From the human T2T-CHM13v2.0 reference genome, Homo sapiens, in the NCBI GenBank assembly GCA_009914755.4, contig CP086569.2, positions 1,984,001 through 2,048,000 of the forward strand: a stretch of 64,000 bases of DNA. Reading direction: 5' to 3'. This document shows, one piece after another, positions 1-16,713 of the stretch (positions within the stretch are counted from its first letter, which is position 1; each line of letters starts with the position of its first letter). A program made the translations under genes and the position numbers. Below the pieces are notes generated by a model. It saw only the letters and a program-made list of their open reading frames with translations. It did not search any database and was not told the origin of the DNA.

Positions 1-30
1 AAAGTCTTTGAATCCACCTTGTTCCTGTAA

Positions 31-368
<338 letters not shown>

Positions 369-424
369 CAAGATATCCCTTTTTAGGCCAAACCAACGTA
401 TAGCTTCCATGTATTGATTTATGA

Positions 425-727
<303 letters not shown>

Positions 728-744
728 GTGATTTATAATTGTTG

Positions 745-1185
745 ATGAAAAGAGTCAAACTCTGTAAAATATTTGAAGAGATTTATTCTGAGCGAAATAT
801 GAGTGACCACGGCCCGTGACACAGCTCTCAGGAGATCCCGAGAACATGTACCCCAGGTGGTCGGGGTGCAGCTTGATTTTATATATTTTAGGAAGGCATG
901 AGACATCAATCAAATACATTTCAGAAATACATTGGTTTGGTTCAGAAAGGTGGGACAACTCAACCTGGGGGCTGCCAGGCTATAGGTAAGTTTAAATATT
1001 TTCTGGTTGACAATTGGTTGAGTTTATCTGAAGACCTGGAATCAACAGAAAGGAAATGTCCAGGTGGAGATAAAGGATTGTGGGAACCAAGTTTTATTTT
1101 GCACAGGAAGCTCTCAGATAGCAGACTTCAGAGAGAACAGGTTGTAAAATGTTTCTTATCAGACCTAAAAGGGGGCCTGGCTCTT
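745..1185 (+). mobile_element. Unclassified interspersed repeat copy (paralog of 27875-28100)
   Basis: Shares TTTATTCTGAG..AATATGAGTGACCA..GTGACACAGC..CAGGTGGTC..TTTTATA(C/T)ATTTTAGG(C/A)AG(A/G)CATGAGACATCAATCAA with 27875-28100; family not assigned. Confidence 0.35.
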
Positions 1186-1207
1186 AGTTGATTATGTCCC
1201 AGATCTG

Positions 1208-2030
1208 GGAAGGAACAAAGGAACAAAGGGAGGGACGGAAGGAAGGAGGGAAGGAGGGAAGGAAGAGAGGGAGGGAAGGAGGGAATGAAGGAGGGAATGA
1301 GGGAGGGAAGGAGGGAATGAGGGAGGGAAGGAGGGAGGCAGGGAGGGAAGGAGGGAGGCAGGGAGGGAAGGAGGGAGGCAGGGAGGGAAGGAGGGAGGCA
1401 GGGAGGGAAGGAGGGAGGCAGGGAGGGAAGGAGGGAGGCAGGGAGGGAAGCAGGGAAGGAGGGAGGGAGGGAGGGAAGGAGGGAGGGAGGGAGGGAGGGA
1501 AAGGAGGGAGGGAGGGAGGGAAGCAGGGAAGGAGGGAGGCAGGGAGGGAAGGAGGAAGGCAGGGAGGGAAGCAGGGAAGGAGGGAGGGAGGGAGGGAAAG
1601 AGGGAAGGAGGGAGGGAGGGAGGGAGGGAAAGGAGGGAGGGAGGGAGGGAAGCAGGGAAGGAGGGAGGGAGGGAGGGAAGGAGGGAGGGAGGGAGGGAAG
1701 GAGGGAAGGAGGGAGGGAGGGAGGGAGGGAAGGAGGGAGGGAGGGAAGGAGGGAGGGAGGGAAAGGAGGGAGGGAGGGAGGGAGGGAAGGAGGGAGGGAG
1801 GGAGGGAAGGGAGAGAGGGAAAGAAGGGAGGGAGGGAAAGAAGGAATGGAGGGAAGGAAGGAAGGGAAAGAAGGGAGGGAAGGAAGGAAGGGGAGAAGGG
1901 AGGAAGGAAGGGGAGAAGGAAGGAAGGAAGGGAGGAAGGAAGGGGAGAAGGAAGGAAGGAAGGGGAGAAGGAAGGGAGGAAGGAAGGGAGGAAGGGAGGT
2001 AAGGGAGGTAAGGGAGGGAGGGAGGAAAGG
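1208..2030. repeat. (GGAA/GGGA)n polypurine simple repeat, ~820 bp
   Basis: Uninterrupted purine-only GGAAGGAGGGAGGGA... tract; produces the spurious 309-aa G/E/R-rich ORF 1188-2117. Confidence 0.95.
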
Positions 2031-2380
2031 CTATTCTCTATAGAATGTGGATTTTTCCCACAAGAGACTTCTCAGGGCAATTTCAAGGTATGGCAAGGAA
2101 ATATATTTTGGGGTTAAATACATTGTTTTTCCTTGTCTCATTATGTTATGCCAGAGTCACATTGGAAAGTAAGTTACGATATATAGGGTTAAATAAAACC
2201 CATCTAATGAGAACTCATGGTTTGTAAAGAATGACTCCCTAGACCCTTTAGATAGGAATTTGGGCAAGATAAAAAAATCAGAACTTCGTCCTCATGATTT
2301 TGCCTGGAGCAGCTTCTGTCCTGAAATTTACCCGACTTGAAACACTATGGCTCGGAAGTCATTGAAAAGATTGGGTCTTA

Positions 2381-2689
<309 letters not shown>

Positions 2690-3361
2690 TTAAGCGTGAG
2701 CTGCCTGAGTCTCCTGGCTTGGTGCTGTCCAAATAAACACTATCCTTTCTCTTGCTGCAAAGCCTCATTGTGGAGGTTTGACCTAAGTGCACCAGGCAAG
2801 TGGACACCAGTCCAGTTTGGCAACAAAACAGGCATCAGTAACGTGGGGTACAGGGTGACAAAGGCCTACATCAGCAGCTTTTTATGAGATGAAAAGATTT
2901 CCTATCAGGAGAACATAAACAGACTTAGACTAAGGTGTTGGACTTCTGTTCGTCTGAGGATCCTGTTTCTTGCTGCCTGGTGAGAAGGTAGTGAGGTCAT
3001 TTGGGTATACATAGCAGCATTAACAGCTTGAACCTAGCGAATATAGATGCCCATCTGTCTGCAGAACTTGCCTCCCTCTGCCCTCAAATGAGCTGCTTAA
3101 GGAGCCATCCATCTTAGCTAGCTCTGCTGCGTAACAAAACGCCCCAAACGTAGTAGCTTAAAAAACAACACCCCTTTATGATCTCACAGTTCTGTAAGTC
3201 AGAAGATTGGGTTTAGATTAACAGGATGTCTCCATTTAGAGTCTCACAAGGCTGGAATTAAGGTGTCAGACAAAGCTGAGATGACATCTGTAGCTTAGGA
3301 TGCTCTTCCAGGCATGCTGAATTGGGAGGCAAAATTCAGCTTCTTGTGGTTGTGAGATTGA

Positions 3362-4143
<782 letters not shown>

Positions 4144-4448
4144 TCATCTCACCCTCTTTGAGGCAGGTCCAGCACAGATGATCTCTCCTTTGATTAAACC
4201 CACGTATGCCTAGTGTTCCATTATTGGAATGCTAAGCATGTGGAGTTATTTATATCCTACTGCTCAAGGTCATCGCCAAGATCTGATGGCAAAAATTCAA
4301 AAACTTGCAACTTCAGGCATAAATGGATTAACTCAAAGTTTTGAATCAAAGAAGATGAGTGAGGCAAGCCTCCATTAGTTTAGAGGTTAATTTTGCCACG
4401 GTTGAGAATGTGCCCCAGTCCAGGAAAAACAGACGCCAGTCACCATAG

Positions 4449-5169
<721 letters not shown>

Positions 5170-5580
5170 TAAAAGAGGCAAATGATTACATTCTTGTGAG
5201 TCTTTGATTGGCACTCTCTGAATACACATTTTACATGGCAAAGTGCGGGTAGAGGAACAGTCAATCACGCGTTCATTTCATGCACAGTAAATCCACTTTT
5301 GCATAAGACAAAGTCAACATACAGAAGAGGAAGATGTCAAACATGCATTTGTCTCAGGGTGGGCGGAGAGATCATTTCTAGTCTTATCTTTGTCCCACAC
5401 TTGTGAAGACAAGTTGTTAATTTACATTGTCAGGGAGAAATTCAACAGAACTCTGTTTTAGGGGAAAGATTTTGGAGCCCACAAGAAATTTCCTTATGAG
5501 CAATTTGTGAGAGCATCTCCGCTGGGGAGGGATGTGCAGAAATGAAGAGGCTACAACAAGTGTCTGAAGATAGTCCTGAA

Positions 5581-5882
5581 GGCCAGGTGCAGTGGCTCAT
5601 GCCTGTAATACCAGAGCTTTGGGAGGCTGAGGCAGGAGGATTGCTTGAGCCTAGCAGTTCGAGACCAGCCTGGGCAACATGGTGAAACCTCGTGTCTACC
5701 AAAAATACAGAAAAAAAAAAAAAAAAAAAGCAGCTGGGTGTGGTGATGGTGGTGCATGCCTGTAGTCCCAGCTACTTGGGAGGCTGAGGTGGGAGGATCA
5801 CTTGAGCTGAGAAGGTCAAGGCTGTGCCACTGCACTCCAGCCTGGGCAACACAGTGACAACCCAATCTCAAAAAAAAAAAAA
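5581..5882 (+). mobile_element. Alu SINE
   Basis: GGCCAGGTGCAGTGGCTCATGCCTGTAATACCAG ... A-rich linker ... CAGCCTGGGCAACACAGTGACAACCCAATCTCAAAAAAAAAAAA. Confidence 0.93.
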
Positions 5883-5889
5883 GATACCC

Positions 5890-6442
5890 TTCCAGCCAGA
5901 TGAATGCACATGACCACTGGCATGAGAGGAGGTCGGCATTAAGATACAGGTCCTAAGGACCTTGTTGATAAAACAGGTTGTGGTAAAGAAGCTGGCCAAA
6001 CCCCATGCAAACCAAGATGGCGACGAGACTGACCTCTGGTCTTCCTCACTGTTCATTATACGCTAACTCTAATGCATTCGCTGCTAAAAGACACTTCCAT
6101 CAGCCTCATGGCAGTTTACAGATGTCATGGCAATGTCAGGAAGTTACCCTATAGGGTCTAAAAAGGGGAGGAACCCTCAGTTCCCAGAACCGCCCACCGG
6201 CTTCCCAGAAAACTCACGAATAATCTTTCCCTTGTTTCGCACAGAATCAAGAAATAACCATAAAAATCACCAACTGGCAGCCCTCGGTGCTGCTCTGCCA
6301 ATGGAGTGGCCACTCTTTATTCCTTTACTTTCTTAATCAACTTGCTTTCACTTTACTCTATGGACTCACCCCAAATTCTTTCTTGCACAAGATCCAAGAA
6401 CCCTCTCTTGGGGTCAGGATCAAGACCCCTTTCCAGTAAACA
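5890..6442 (+). mobile_element. ERV LTR-like fragment (resembles HERV-H/LTR7-type 3' portion)
   Basis: TCTTTATTCCTTTACTTTCTTAATCAACTTGCTTTCACTTTACTCTATGGACTCACCCCAAATTCTTTCTTGCACAAGATCCAAGAACCCTCTCTTGGGGTCAGGATCAAGACCCCTTTCCAGTAAACA matches the R/U5 end of an ERV1 LTR; family name recalled from memory, not verified. Confidence 0.35.
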
Positions 6443-6706
6443 ACGCCTCATGTTTTCTATAATAATTTCATTACTTTGTGTGCCCACTGACAATGGTAAT
6501 GGTCTAACCCGGGGTTGGTCAACTGCAGCCCTCTAGCAAAATCCAGCCCCTTGCCTATTTTTGTGCACCTTGTAAACCAAAAAACTATTTCCACATCTTT
6601 TAAACAGTGGGTTAAAAAAAATCAAAAGAAGGATAACACAGTTGACTGTTGGACAACATACATCTGAACTGAGCAGATTCACCCATTTGGACTTTCACCC
6701 GAGATG

Positions 6707-6782
6707 ACTCCTCCTCCCTCTTCGTCCCCCCTCCTCCCCCCCTCCCTTCTCCTCCTCCCCTCCCCCTCCTCTCCCTACTCCT
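6707..6782. repeat. Polypyrimidine (CCTCC/CCCTC)n tract
   Basis: CTCCTCCTCCCTCTTCGTCCCCCCTCCTCCCCCCCTCCC... Confidence 0.9.
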
Positions 6783-6788
6783 GCAGAG

Positions 6789-7648
<860 letters not shown>

Positions 7649-7764
7649 GGGTCAACTGTATTTTGTGCCACGTGATAAATATATACATTTACATCTCAGT
7701 GTCCCTCAAGATTCTTAGAACACAGAACTTGCCCATTCATTTACATATTGCGCTGTTGTGGTAG

Positions 7765-8115
<351 letters not shown>

Positions 8116-8276
8116 CACTACCCGACCTTGTAAGAAGTTTGTCCACCCCTGCTATGGTCAGAGCTCATAACTGGTACCTTGAAATCTGTCCGGTATGTTC
8201 TCATGCAGAACTTCAAGAGTTATACATTGTGCCAGTAGCGAAAAAAAAAAAAAAAAAAGAAAGAAAAAAAAAAGGG

Positions 8277-8569
8277 GCCAGGCATGGTGACTCACACCTG
8301 TAATCCCAACACTTTGGGAGGCTGAAGTGGGTAGACTATGAGGTCAAGAGTTCAAGACCAGCCTGACTAACATGGTGAAACGCTGTCTCTACTGAAAATA
8401 CAAAAATTAAGCGGGCGTGGTGGCAGGTGCCTGTAATCTCAGCTACTCAGAAGGCTGAGGCAGCAGAATCACATGAACCTGGGAGATGGAGGATGCAGTG
8501 AGCCAAGATCGTGCCACCGCACTCCAGCCTGGGCGACAGAGCAAGACTCTGTCTCAAAAAAAAAAAAAA
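8277..8569 (+). mobile_element. Alu SINE (copy 1 of tandem Alu+flank duplication)
   Basis: GGCCAGGCATGGTGACTCACACCTGTAATCCCAACACTTTGGGAGGCTGAAGTGGG ... poly-A. Confidence 0.93.
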
Positions 8570-8654
8570 GATGAAGTTATGAAAATAATAAGTCCAAACA
8601 AATTTTGATTTTTGTCTTTATAGCATTATTCCTGGAGATTAAAAAAAATTGGAG

Positions 8655-8955
<301 letters not shown>

Positions 8956-9185
8956 TTATGAGATGACATTATGAAAATAATAAGCTCAAATGAACTAATT
9001 CTGATTTTTGTCTTTATAGCATTATTCCTGGACATTAAAAAAATGTGGAGGTGGCCAGTTATGGATACTAAGCACCCAGGCAGCCCCAGCCAGCACCCAA
9101 GTGGCCACTTGGAGGGTGAGAAATGAATAAAATGGCTAAGCTCTCCACAGGAGGCCGTAAGGTCCAAACACAACGGATCAGTTTG

Positions 9186-10656
9186 TGGGGGGAGGGGAGG
9201 GGGAGGGGGAGGGGGAGGAGGGGAGGGGGAGGGGGAGGGGGAGGAGGGGAGGGGGAGGGGGAGGAGGGGAGGGGGAGGAGGGGGAGGGGAGGGGGAGGGG
9301 GAGGGGGAGGGGGAGGAGGGGGAGGAGGGGGGGAGGGGGAGGGGGAGGAGGGGGAGAGGGGGAGGAGGGGGAGAGGGGGAGGAGGGGGAGAGGGGGAGAG
9401 GGGGAGGAGGGGGAGGAGGGGGAGAGGGGGAGGAGGGGGAGAGGGGGAGGAGGGGGAGGAGGGGGAGAGGGGGAGGAGGGGGAGAGGGGGAGGAGGGGGA
9501 GAGGGGGAGGAGGGGGAGAGGGGGAGGAGGGGGAGAGGGGGAGGAGGGGGAGAGGGGGAGGGGGAGGGGAAAGAGGGGGAGGGGAAGAGGGGGAGGGGAA
9601 AGAGGGGGAGGGGGAGGAGGGGTAGAAGGAGGGAGGAAGAGGGGGAGGAGGGGGAGGAGGGGGAGGGGAGGAGGGGGAGGAGGGAGGAAGAGGAGGAGGG
9701 AGAAGGGAGGAGGAGGGAGAAGGGAGAAGAGGGGGAGGAGGGAGAAGGGAGAAGGGAGAAGAGGGGGGAGGAGGGAGAAGGGAGAAGAGGGGGGAGGAGG
9801 GAGAAGGGAGAAGAGGAGGGGGAAGGAGGGAGAAGGGAGAAGAGGAGGGGGAGGAGGGAGAAGGGAGAGGAGGAGGGGGAGGAGGGAGAAGGGAGAGGAG
9901 GAGGGGGAAGGAGGGAGAAGGGAGAAGAGGAGGGGGAGGAGGGAGAAGGGAGAGGAGGAGGGGGAGGAGGGAGAAGGGAGAGGAGGAGGGGGAGGAGGGA
10001 GAAGGGAGAAGAGGGGGAGGAGGGAGAAGGGAGAAGAGGAGGGGGAGGAGGGAGAAGGGAGAAGAGGAGGGAGAAGAGGAGGGAGAAGAGGAGGGAGAAG
10101 AGGAGGGAGAAGAGGAGGGAGAAGAGGAGGGAGAAGAGGGGGAGAAGGGGAGGAAGGGGAGGGGGAGGGGGAGGGGGAGGGGAGGAGGGGGAGGGGAGGA
10201 GGGGGAGGGGGAGGGGGAGGAGGGGGGAGGAGGGGGAGGAGGGGGGAGGAGGGGGAGGAGGGGGGAGGAGGAGGGGGGAGGAGGGGGAGGAGGAGGGGGG
10301 AGGAGGGGGGAGGAGGGGGAGGGGAGGGGGGAGGGGAGGGGAGGAGGGGGAGGGGAGGGGAGGAGGGGGAGGGGAGGGGAGGAGGGGGAGGGGAGGGGGA
10401 GGGGGAGGGGAGGGGGAGGAGGTGGAGGGGAGGGGGAGGAGGTGGAGGGGAGGGGGAGGAGGTGGAGGGGAGGAGGGGGAGGGGAAGGGGAGGAGGGGGA
10501 GGGGAAGGGGAGGGGGAGGGGAAGGGGAGGAGGAGGGGACGGGGAGGAGGAGGGGAAGGGGAGGAGGAGGGGAAGGGGAGGAGGAGGGGACGGGGAGGAG
10601 GAGGGGACGGGGAGGTGAAGACGAGGAGGAGGGGACGGGGAGGAGGAAGGGGAGGA
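9186..10656. repeat. ~1.47 kb G-rich polypurine (GGGGA/GGAGG/GGGAGA)n array with nested sub-periodicities
   Basis: Purine-only for ~1.5 kb on + strand (C/T-only on - strand); source of spurious 532-aa (+) and 579/498-aa (-) ORFs. Confidence 0.97.
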
Positions 10657-10775
10657 CTTCCACCCTTTTGGCACCAGGAACCGGTTTCATGGAAGACAAT
10701 TTTTCCGTGGACCGAAAATGAGGGTAGATGGTTTCAGGATGATTTGCACACATTGCATTTATTGTACACTCTATT

Positions 10776-11060
10776 TTTCTTTTCTTTTCTTTGAGATGGA
10801 CTCTCACTCTGTTGCCCAGGCTGCAGTGCAGTGGTGCAGTCTTGGCTCACTGCACCTCCGCTTCCTGGGTTCAAGCAATTCTCCTATCTCAGCGTCTTGA
10901 GCAGCTAGGATTACGAGTGTGTGCCACCACGTACAGCTAATTTTTGAACCAGGATTTCACCATGTTGGCCAGGCTGGTCTCGAACTCCTGACCTCAAGCA
11001 ATCTGCCCACCTTGGTCTCCCAAAATGCTGGGATTACAGGCATGAGCCACCGCACGCAGT
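10776..11060 (-). mobile_element. Alu SINE (reverse)
   Basis: TTTGAGATGGACTCTCACTCTGTTGCCCAGGCTGCAGTGCAGTGG ... GGATTACAGGCATGAGCCACCGCACGCAG. Confidence 0.92.
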
Positions 11061-11477
11061 CCTCGATTTTATTTTAAAGATTATTTCTTGAAGGAGCTGA
11101 ACTCCAGTGAGCACACCCTCCCCACAGTTTTCGTCTCTTTCGCTGTTTGGTATGTCATGAAAGGAAAGATGAAAAGATCCTAATGTTATTCGTTCCTCTG
11201 AGAAATGACCGTGCTCCTTGTCCGGAGGTGAACGCCTGGCGCTCAGCTGCACACCCCGGGGGCCTGATGTTCCGATCTGGGAATGAGGTCGCCGCATCTA
11301 TTCGGTAATGACTATCATCATTTTGTTAGGGTGCCACACCAATTTTCCGCATCGTCTTCCCTGGGGTCGTAAAGAACACATTCAGGTTTGGCAGAATCTG
11401 TTCATCAAAGCTGGTCAACCTTTTCAGAGAATACACGACATTGAGACAGAAAATTTGTTTTGTTTTTCTCCAGATGA

Positions 11478-11828
<351 letters not shown>

Positions 11829-12008
11829 TGGATTCCACTTATATGAGGACCCTAGAGTTGTCAAGTTTATACAAACAGAAAGTAGAATGGTAGGTACCAG
11901 TGGCTGGGAGGAACGGGGACATGTTGTTTACTGGGGACAGAGTGTTCTGGAAATGAATGTTGGTGATGGTCGCATCATTAACATGAATGTAGTTAATACT
12001 GCTGAACT

Positions 12009-12358
<350 letters not shown>

Positions 12359-12671
12359 TTACTGCAAATACAAAAGAATAACTGTAAATAACTGTAAGCG
12401 AGTGCACGGCTAGTACAATGATCTGGCCGCCCACGGTATGACTGAGGATGTCCATTTTCAGACCCTCCACATTTGCTGAAAGCAGGAGCGATCCCCTGGA
12501 AACCCTCCCAGATACAGGTGGAGAAACGTTGGAGTCATGGACCGAGTCTTTGATCTCTAGCACAAAGACCTTATGTCAATCCATCAGCCAGGAAACACAG
12601 TTCTCATGAAGTTCACACACTGAAGAGGAGAGCTGTGTGCTCCATGAGAGACGGACAAGATCAATTGGTAA

Positions 12672-13256
<585 letters not shown>

Positions 13257-13999
13257 TGACTTTAAACCCATTCGGAAGAGTTTTCCTAGAATTGCTACAC
13301 TCGGAGACATGAGGCAATGCTTACTCTGACTTTTGACGTTTTCAAGTGTACAGTTGAAAGTCAACAACATGGGTGAATGTGGCAACCCCTCCTTACACAA
13401 TCAGAGACAGTCACTGCCAAGCCGCTTCGTGGATTGTCATTAGCTTCCAATGAGAAACAGGTGCACAATCAAGGTCTAAAGATAAAGAGGGTTAAGTGCA
13501 AGACAGCAGCCATGACGTGTCGGTCCACGTACAGCCTGTCTGCCTGAGGGCTCAGTGATCCAAAAAGACACTGCAGGTCAGCACTTCAGAGTGTTCGCAA
13601 CATCCGGGGTTACTTAACCCTGTGGCTTGACAAGCAGCAGAGATTTGCAAACAATGATAGCTTCTGTGCCACTTCAGCCGAACACTGGCTCTGAAAACAG
13701 CCTCAGTATCTGACAAGCTCTCATTCCTGGGCTTGTGGCGTGGCTGTCCATTGAGAGAGCCTAAGTATATCTTCATGCCGAGGGGATGGGAGCATTTATA
13801 TAAATAAATGTTTGCACTGATTACAGCACTGCTGCCAAAGAGCTTGATGGGCGATGATGATCCGATTTCGCCATGGCAGCTTATGTTTACAGAACCCGGC
13901 TCCATTGCAGACAGGACATCGAATGTGTAACGCAGTATTTAAATGTCCACTGACATTTACAGCTCGTGTCAGCCCAAGAGGGAAGAGGCGTTGGTGTCC

Positions 14000-14377
14000 C
14001 AGTCTGCCAAGGAGGGCTCCTGCTATGGAATGAATGGTGTCACCCCGAATCTCATGTGTGGAAACCCTAATGCCAAAGGGGATGGTATTTGGAGACGGAG
14101 CCTTTGGGAGATGATGATGTTTACATCAGGTCGTGAAGGTGGGATCCTTATGTTGGGATTCGTGCCCTTGTAAGAAGAGACACCAGGGCACACATGCTCC
14201 CTCGTGCTCCACCCCCCTCTCTCTCTGCCCTGCGAGACCATCCGTAAACCAAGAAGAGGAACCTCTCAAGTACCCAACCATGGTGCCACCTGGATGTAAA
14301 CATTTCTGCCTCCAGTACTATAGAGAAATAAATTTCTGTTATTTATGCCACCCCATCTATGGTCCAGTTAACCCTTA
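14000..14377 (+). mobile_element. ERVL-MaLR LTR (MST/MLT1-like)
   Basis: ...GGTATTTGGAGACGGAGCCTTTGGGAGATGATG...GTGCCCTTGTAAGAAGAGACACCAGG...AGAAATAAATTTCTGTTATTTATGCCACCCCATCTATGGT matches MaLR LTR consensus architecture. Confidence 0.6.
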
Positions 14378-14379
14378 AA

Positions 14380-14596
14380 CAACACAGGTTTGAATTGCAC
14401 GGGTCCACTTCTACAGGCATTTTCTTCTACCTCTGCCACCCCGGAGCCAGCAAGACCAATCCCTCCTCTCCGCTCTCATCTTAGGCTACTCAAGGTGAAG
14501 ACGATAAGGATGAAGACCTTCATGACGATCCACTCCCACTTCAGAAATAGTAAATATATTTTCTCTTCTCTATGATTTTTAAAAATTTAGTTTGGT
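14380..14596 (+). mobile_element. Older L1 3' UTR fragment (L1PB/L1MA-like)
   Basis: ...CTCTGCCACCCCGGAGCCAGCAAGACC...GAAGACGATAAGGATGAAGACCTTCATGACGATCCACTCCCACTTCAGAAATAGTAAATATATTTTCTCTTCTCTATGATTTT matches old L1 3' UTR consensus. Confidence 0.5.
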
Positions 14597-14890
14597 GTCC
14601 TTTTTTGTTTTTAATTATCTTTCCATAAGTGATTGGGGTACTGGTGGTATTTGGTTACCTAAGTTCTTTAGTGGTGATCTGTGAGATTTTGGTACACCCA
14701 TCACCCGAACAGTATATACTGCACCCTATTTGTAGTGTTTATCCCTCACCCCCCTCCCACTCTTCCCCCCCAAGACCCCAAATTCCATTTTATCATTCTT
14801 ATGCCTTTGTGTCCTCATAGCTTAGCTCCCACGTAACACTGAGAACATACGATGTTGGTTTTTCATCCCTGAGTTACTTCACTTAGAATA
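14597..14890 (+). mobile_element. L1 ORF2 3'-region fragment (L1P-like)
   Basis: GGTATTTGGTTACCTAAGTTCTTTAGTGGTGATCTGTGAGATTTTGGTACACCCATCACCCGAACAGTATATACTGCACC...CATAGCTTAGCTCCCACGTAACACTGAGAACATACGATGTTGGTTTTTCATCCCTGAGTTACTTCACTTAGAATAA. Confidence 0.7.
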
Positions 14891-14903
14891 AAAGTTCCTT
14901 ATC

Positions 14904-15204
14904 AGGCGTGGTGGCTCAAGCCTGTAATCTCCACACTTTGGGACGCCAAGGCGGGTAGGTCACCTAAGGTCAGGAGTTCAAGACCAGCCTGACCAACGTG
15001 GTGAAACCCTGTCTCTACTAAAAATACAAAAATTAGCTGGGCGTGGTGGCGTGCACCTTTAGTGCCAGCTACTCGGGAGGCTGAGGCAGGAGAATCACTT
15101 GAACGTGGGAGGCGTAGGCTGTACTGAGCAGAGATCACACCACTGAACTCCAGCCTGACTCCAGGGCAACAGAGTGAAACTCCATCTCAAAAAAAAAAAA
15201 AAAG
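14904..15204 (+). mobile_element. Alu SINE; TSD AAAGTTCCTTAT
   Basis: CAGGCGTGGTGGCTCAAGCCTGTAATCTCCACACTTTGGGACGCCAAGGCGGG ... CTCAAAAAAAAAAAAAAAG; flanks AAAGTTCCTTAT on both sides. Confidence 0.92.
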
Positions 15205-15240
15205 AATGAAAGTTCCTTATGATTTTTGATTCTCAAAGTT

Positions 15241-15310
15241 CCTTATAAGGCGATTCTCCTGCCTCAGCCTCCTGAGTAGCTGGGATTACAGGCGTGCGCC
15301 ACCATGCCCG
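15241..15310 (-). mobile_element. Alu fragment (~70 bp central piece, reverse)
   Basis: CGATTCTCCTGCCTCAGCCTCCTGAGTAGCTGGGATTACAGGCGTGCGCCACCATGCCCGGCTAAAAAAAAAA. Confidence 0.8.
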
Positions 15311-15546
15311 GCTAAAAAAAAAACAAACAGCATTTTCTTTTCTCTAGCATACTTTAATAATACAGTATACAATACATAAAACATACAAAATATATGTTAA
15401 TCGACTTTATGGTATTGATAAGGCTTCTGCTCAACAATAGGATATTCATAAGTTTTGGGTGAGTCAAAAGTTATCTTTGGATTTTCAACTGTGCCAGGGA
15501 CGTGTGTGGCGCCCCTAACTCCCACATTGTTCAAGGGTCAACTCTA
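15311..15546 (+). mobile_element. Older L1 3' UTR terminus (paralogous to 7090-7358)
   Basis: ...TTATGGTATTGATAAGGCTTCTGCTCAACAATAGG...GATTTTCAACTGTGCCAGGGACGTGTGTGGCGCCCCTAACTCCCACATTGTTCAAGGGTCAACTCTA. Confidence 0.55.
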
Positions 15547-15916
<370 letters not shown>

Positions 15917-16120
15917 TGAATCTGTCACAGGGTGAATACATCTCCAAATGCATTTGAAAACTCCTACGGGATGCTACAGAAACACGTGAGGGAAGAGTGG
16001 GTGTGGACATACTCTCCATCTGTTACACTCAGAGTACTCCAACTACAGGAGTGAGATGCCTCAAGACAGGCCAAGGCAGAAACAAGCATCACTATGAACC
16101 CCAGAATAGATATGTTTTTT

Positions 16121-16416
16121 GGCCAGACACGGTGGTACACGCCTGTAATCCCAGCACTTTAAGAGGCCCAGGTGAGAAGACTGCTGGAGGCCAGGAGTTT
16201 AAGACCAGCCTGAGCAACAGAGGAAGATCCCATCTCTACAAAATATTTAAAATATATACATAGCTGGGAATGATGATGCGTACCTACAGCCCCAGCTACT
16301 TTAGACACTGTGGTGGGAAGATCACTCGAGCCCGGGAGGCTGAAGCTGTCGTGAGCCACAGTCACACCACTGCACTCCAGCCTGGGTGACAGAGTGAGAT
16401 CCGGTCTCGAAAAAAT
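16121..16416 (+). mobile_element. Alu SINE (older, AluJ-like)
   Basis: GGCCAGACACGGTGGTACACGCCTGTAATCCCAGCACTTTAAGAGGCCCAGGTGAGAAGACTGCTGGAGGCCAGGAGTTTAAGACC ... GAGATCCGGTCTCGAAAAAATCATC. Confidence 0.9.
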
Positions 16417-16544
16417 CATCATTATCGTCACAGTAATGAGAGGAATTTTAGGTGATAGGTGGTTACTAATTTCAAAAATAGGGGCTTCCGGTTTCTCCTC
16501 TAATGATACAGGGGTTAAGAAGAAATGACTTAAGCAGATAGTAA

Positions 16545-16713
16545 AAATTAGCTGGGTGTGGTGGTGCACACCTGTCATCCCAGCTACTTGGGAGGCTGAG
16601 ATGTGAGGATCACCTGAGCCTCGGAAGTTGAAGTTGCAGTGAGCCATGATCACACCACTGCACTCCAGCCTGGGTAACAGATGGAGACCCTGTCTGGAAA
16701 AAAAAAAAAAAAG
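16545..16713 (+). mobile_element. Alu right-monomer-only element (FRAM-like)
   Basis: AAAAATTAGCTGGGTGTGGTGGTGCACACCTGTCATCCCAGCTACTTGGGAGGCTGAGATGTGAGGATCACCTGAGCC ... GACCCTGTCTGGAAAAAAAAAAAAAAAG. Confidence 0.85.

Noticed and set aside
1188-2117. 309-aa ORF rich in G/E/R/K
   Set aside because: Translation of the (GGAA/GGGA)n polypurine microsatellite; not coding.
9068-10807. Very long ORFs (579 aa and 498 aa on -, 532 aa and 146 aa on +) overlapping 9.1-10.8 kb
   Set aside because: They are translations of the G-rich/C-rich simple-repeat array (poly P/S/L or G/E/R peptides). There is no start or stop context, no complexity, and they are mutually overlapping in several frames.
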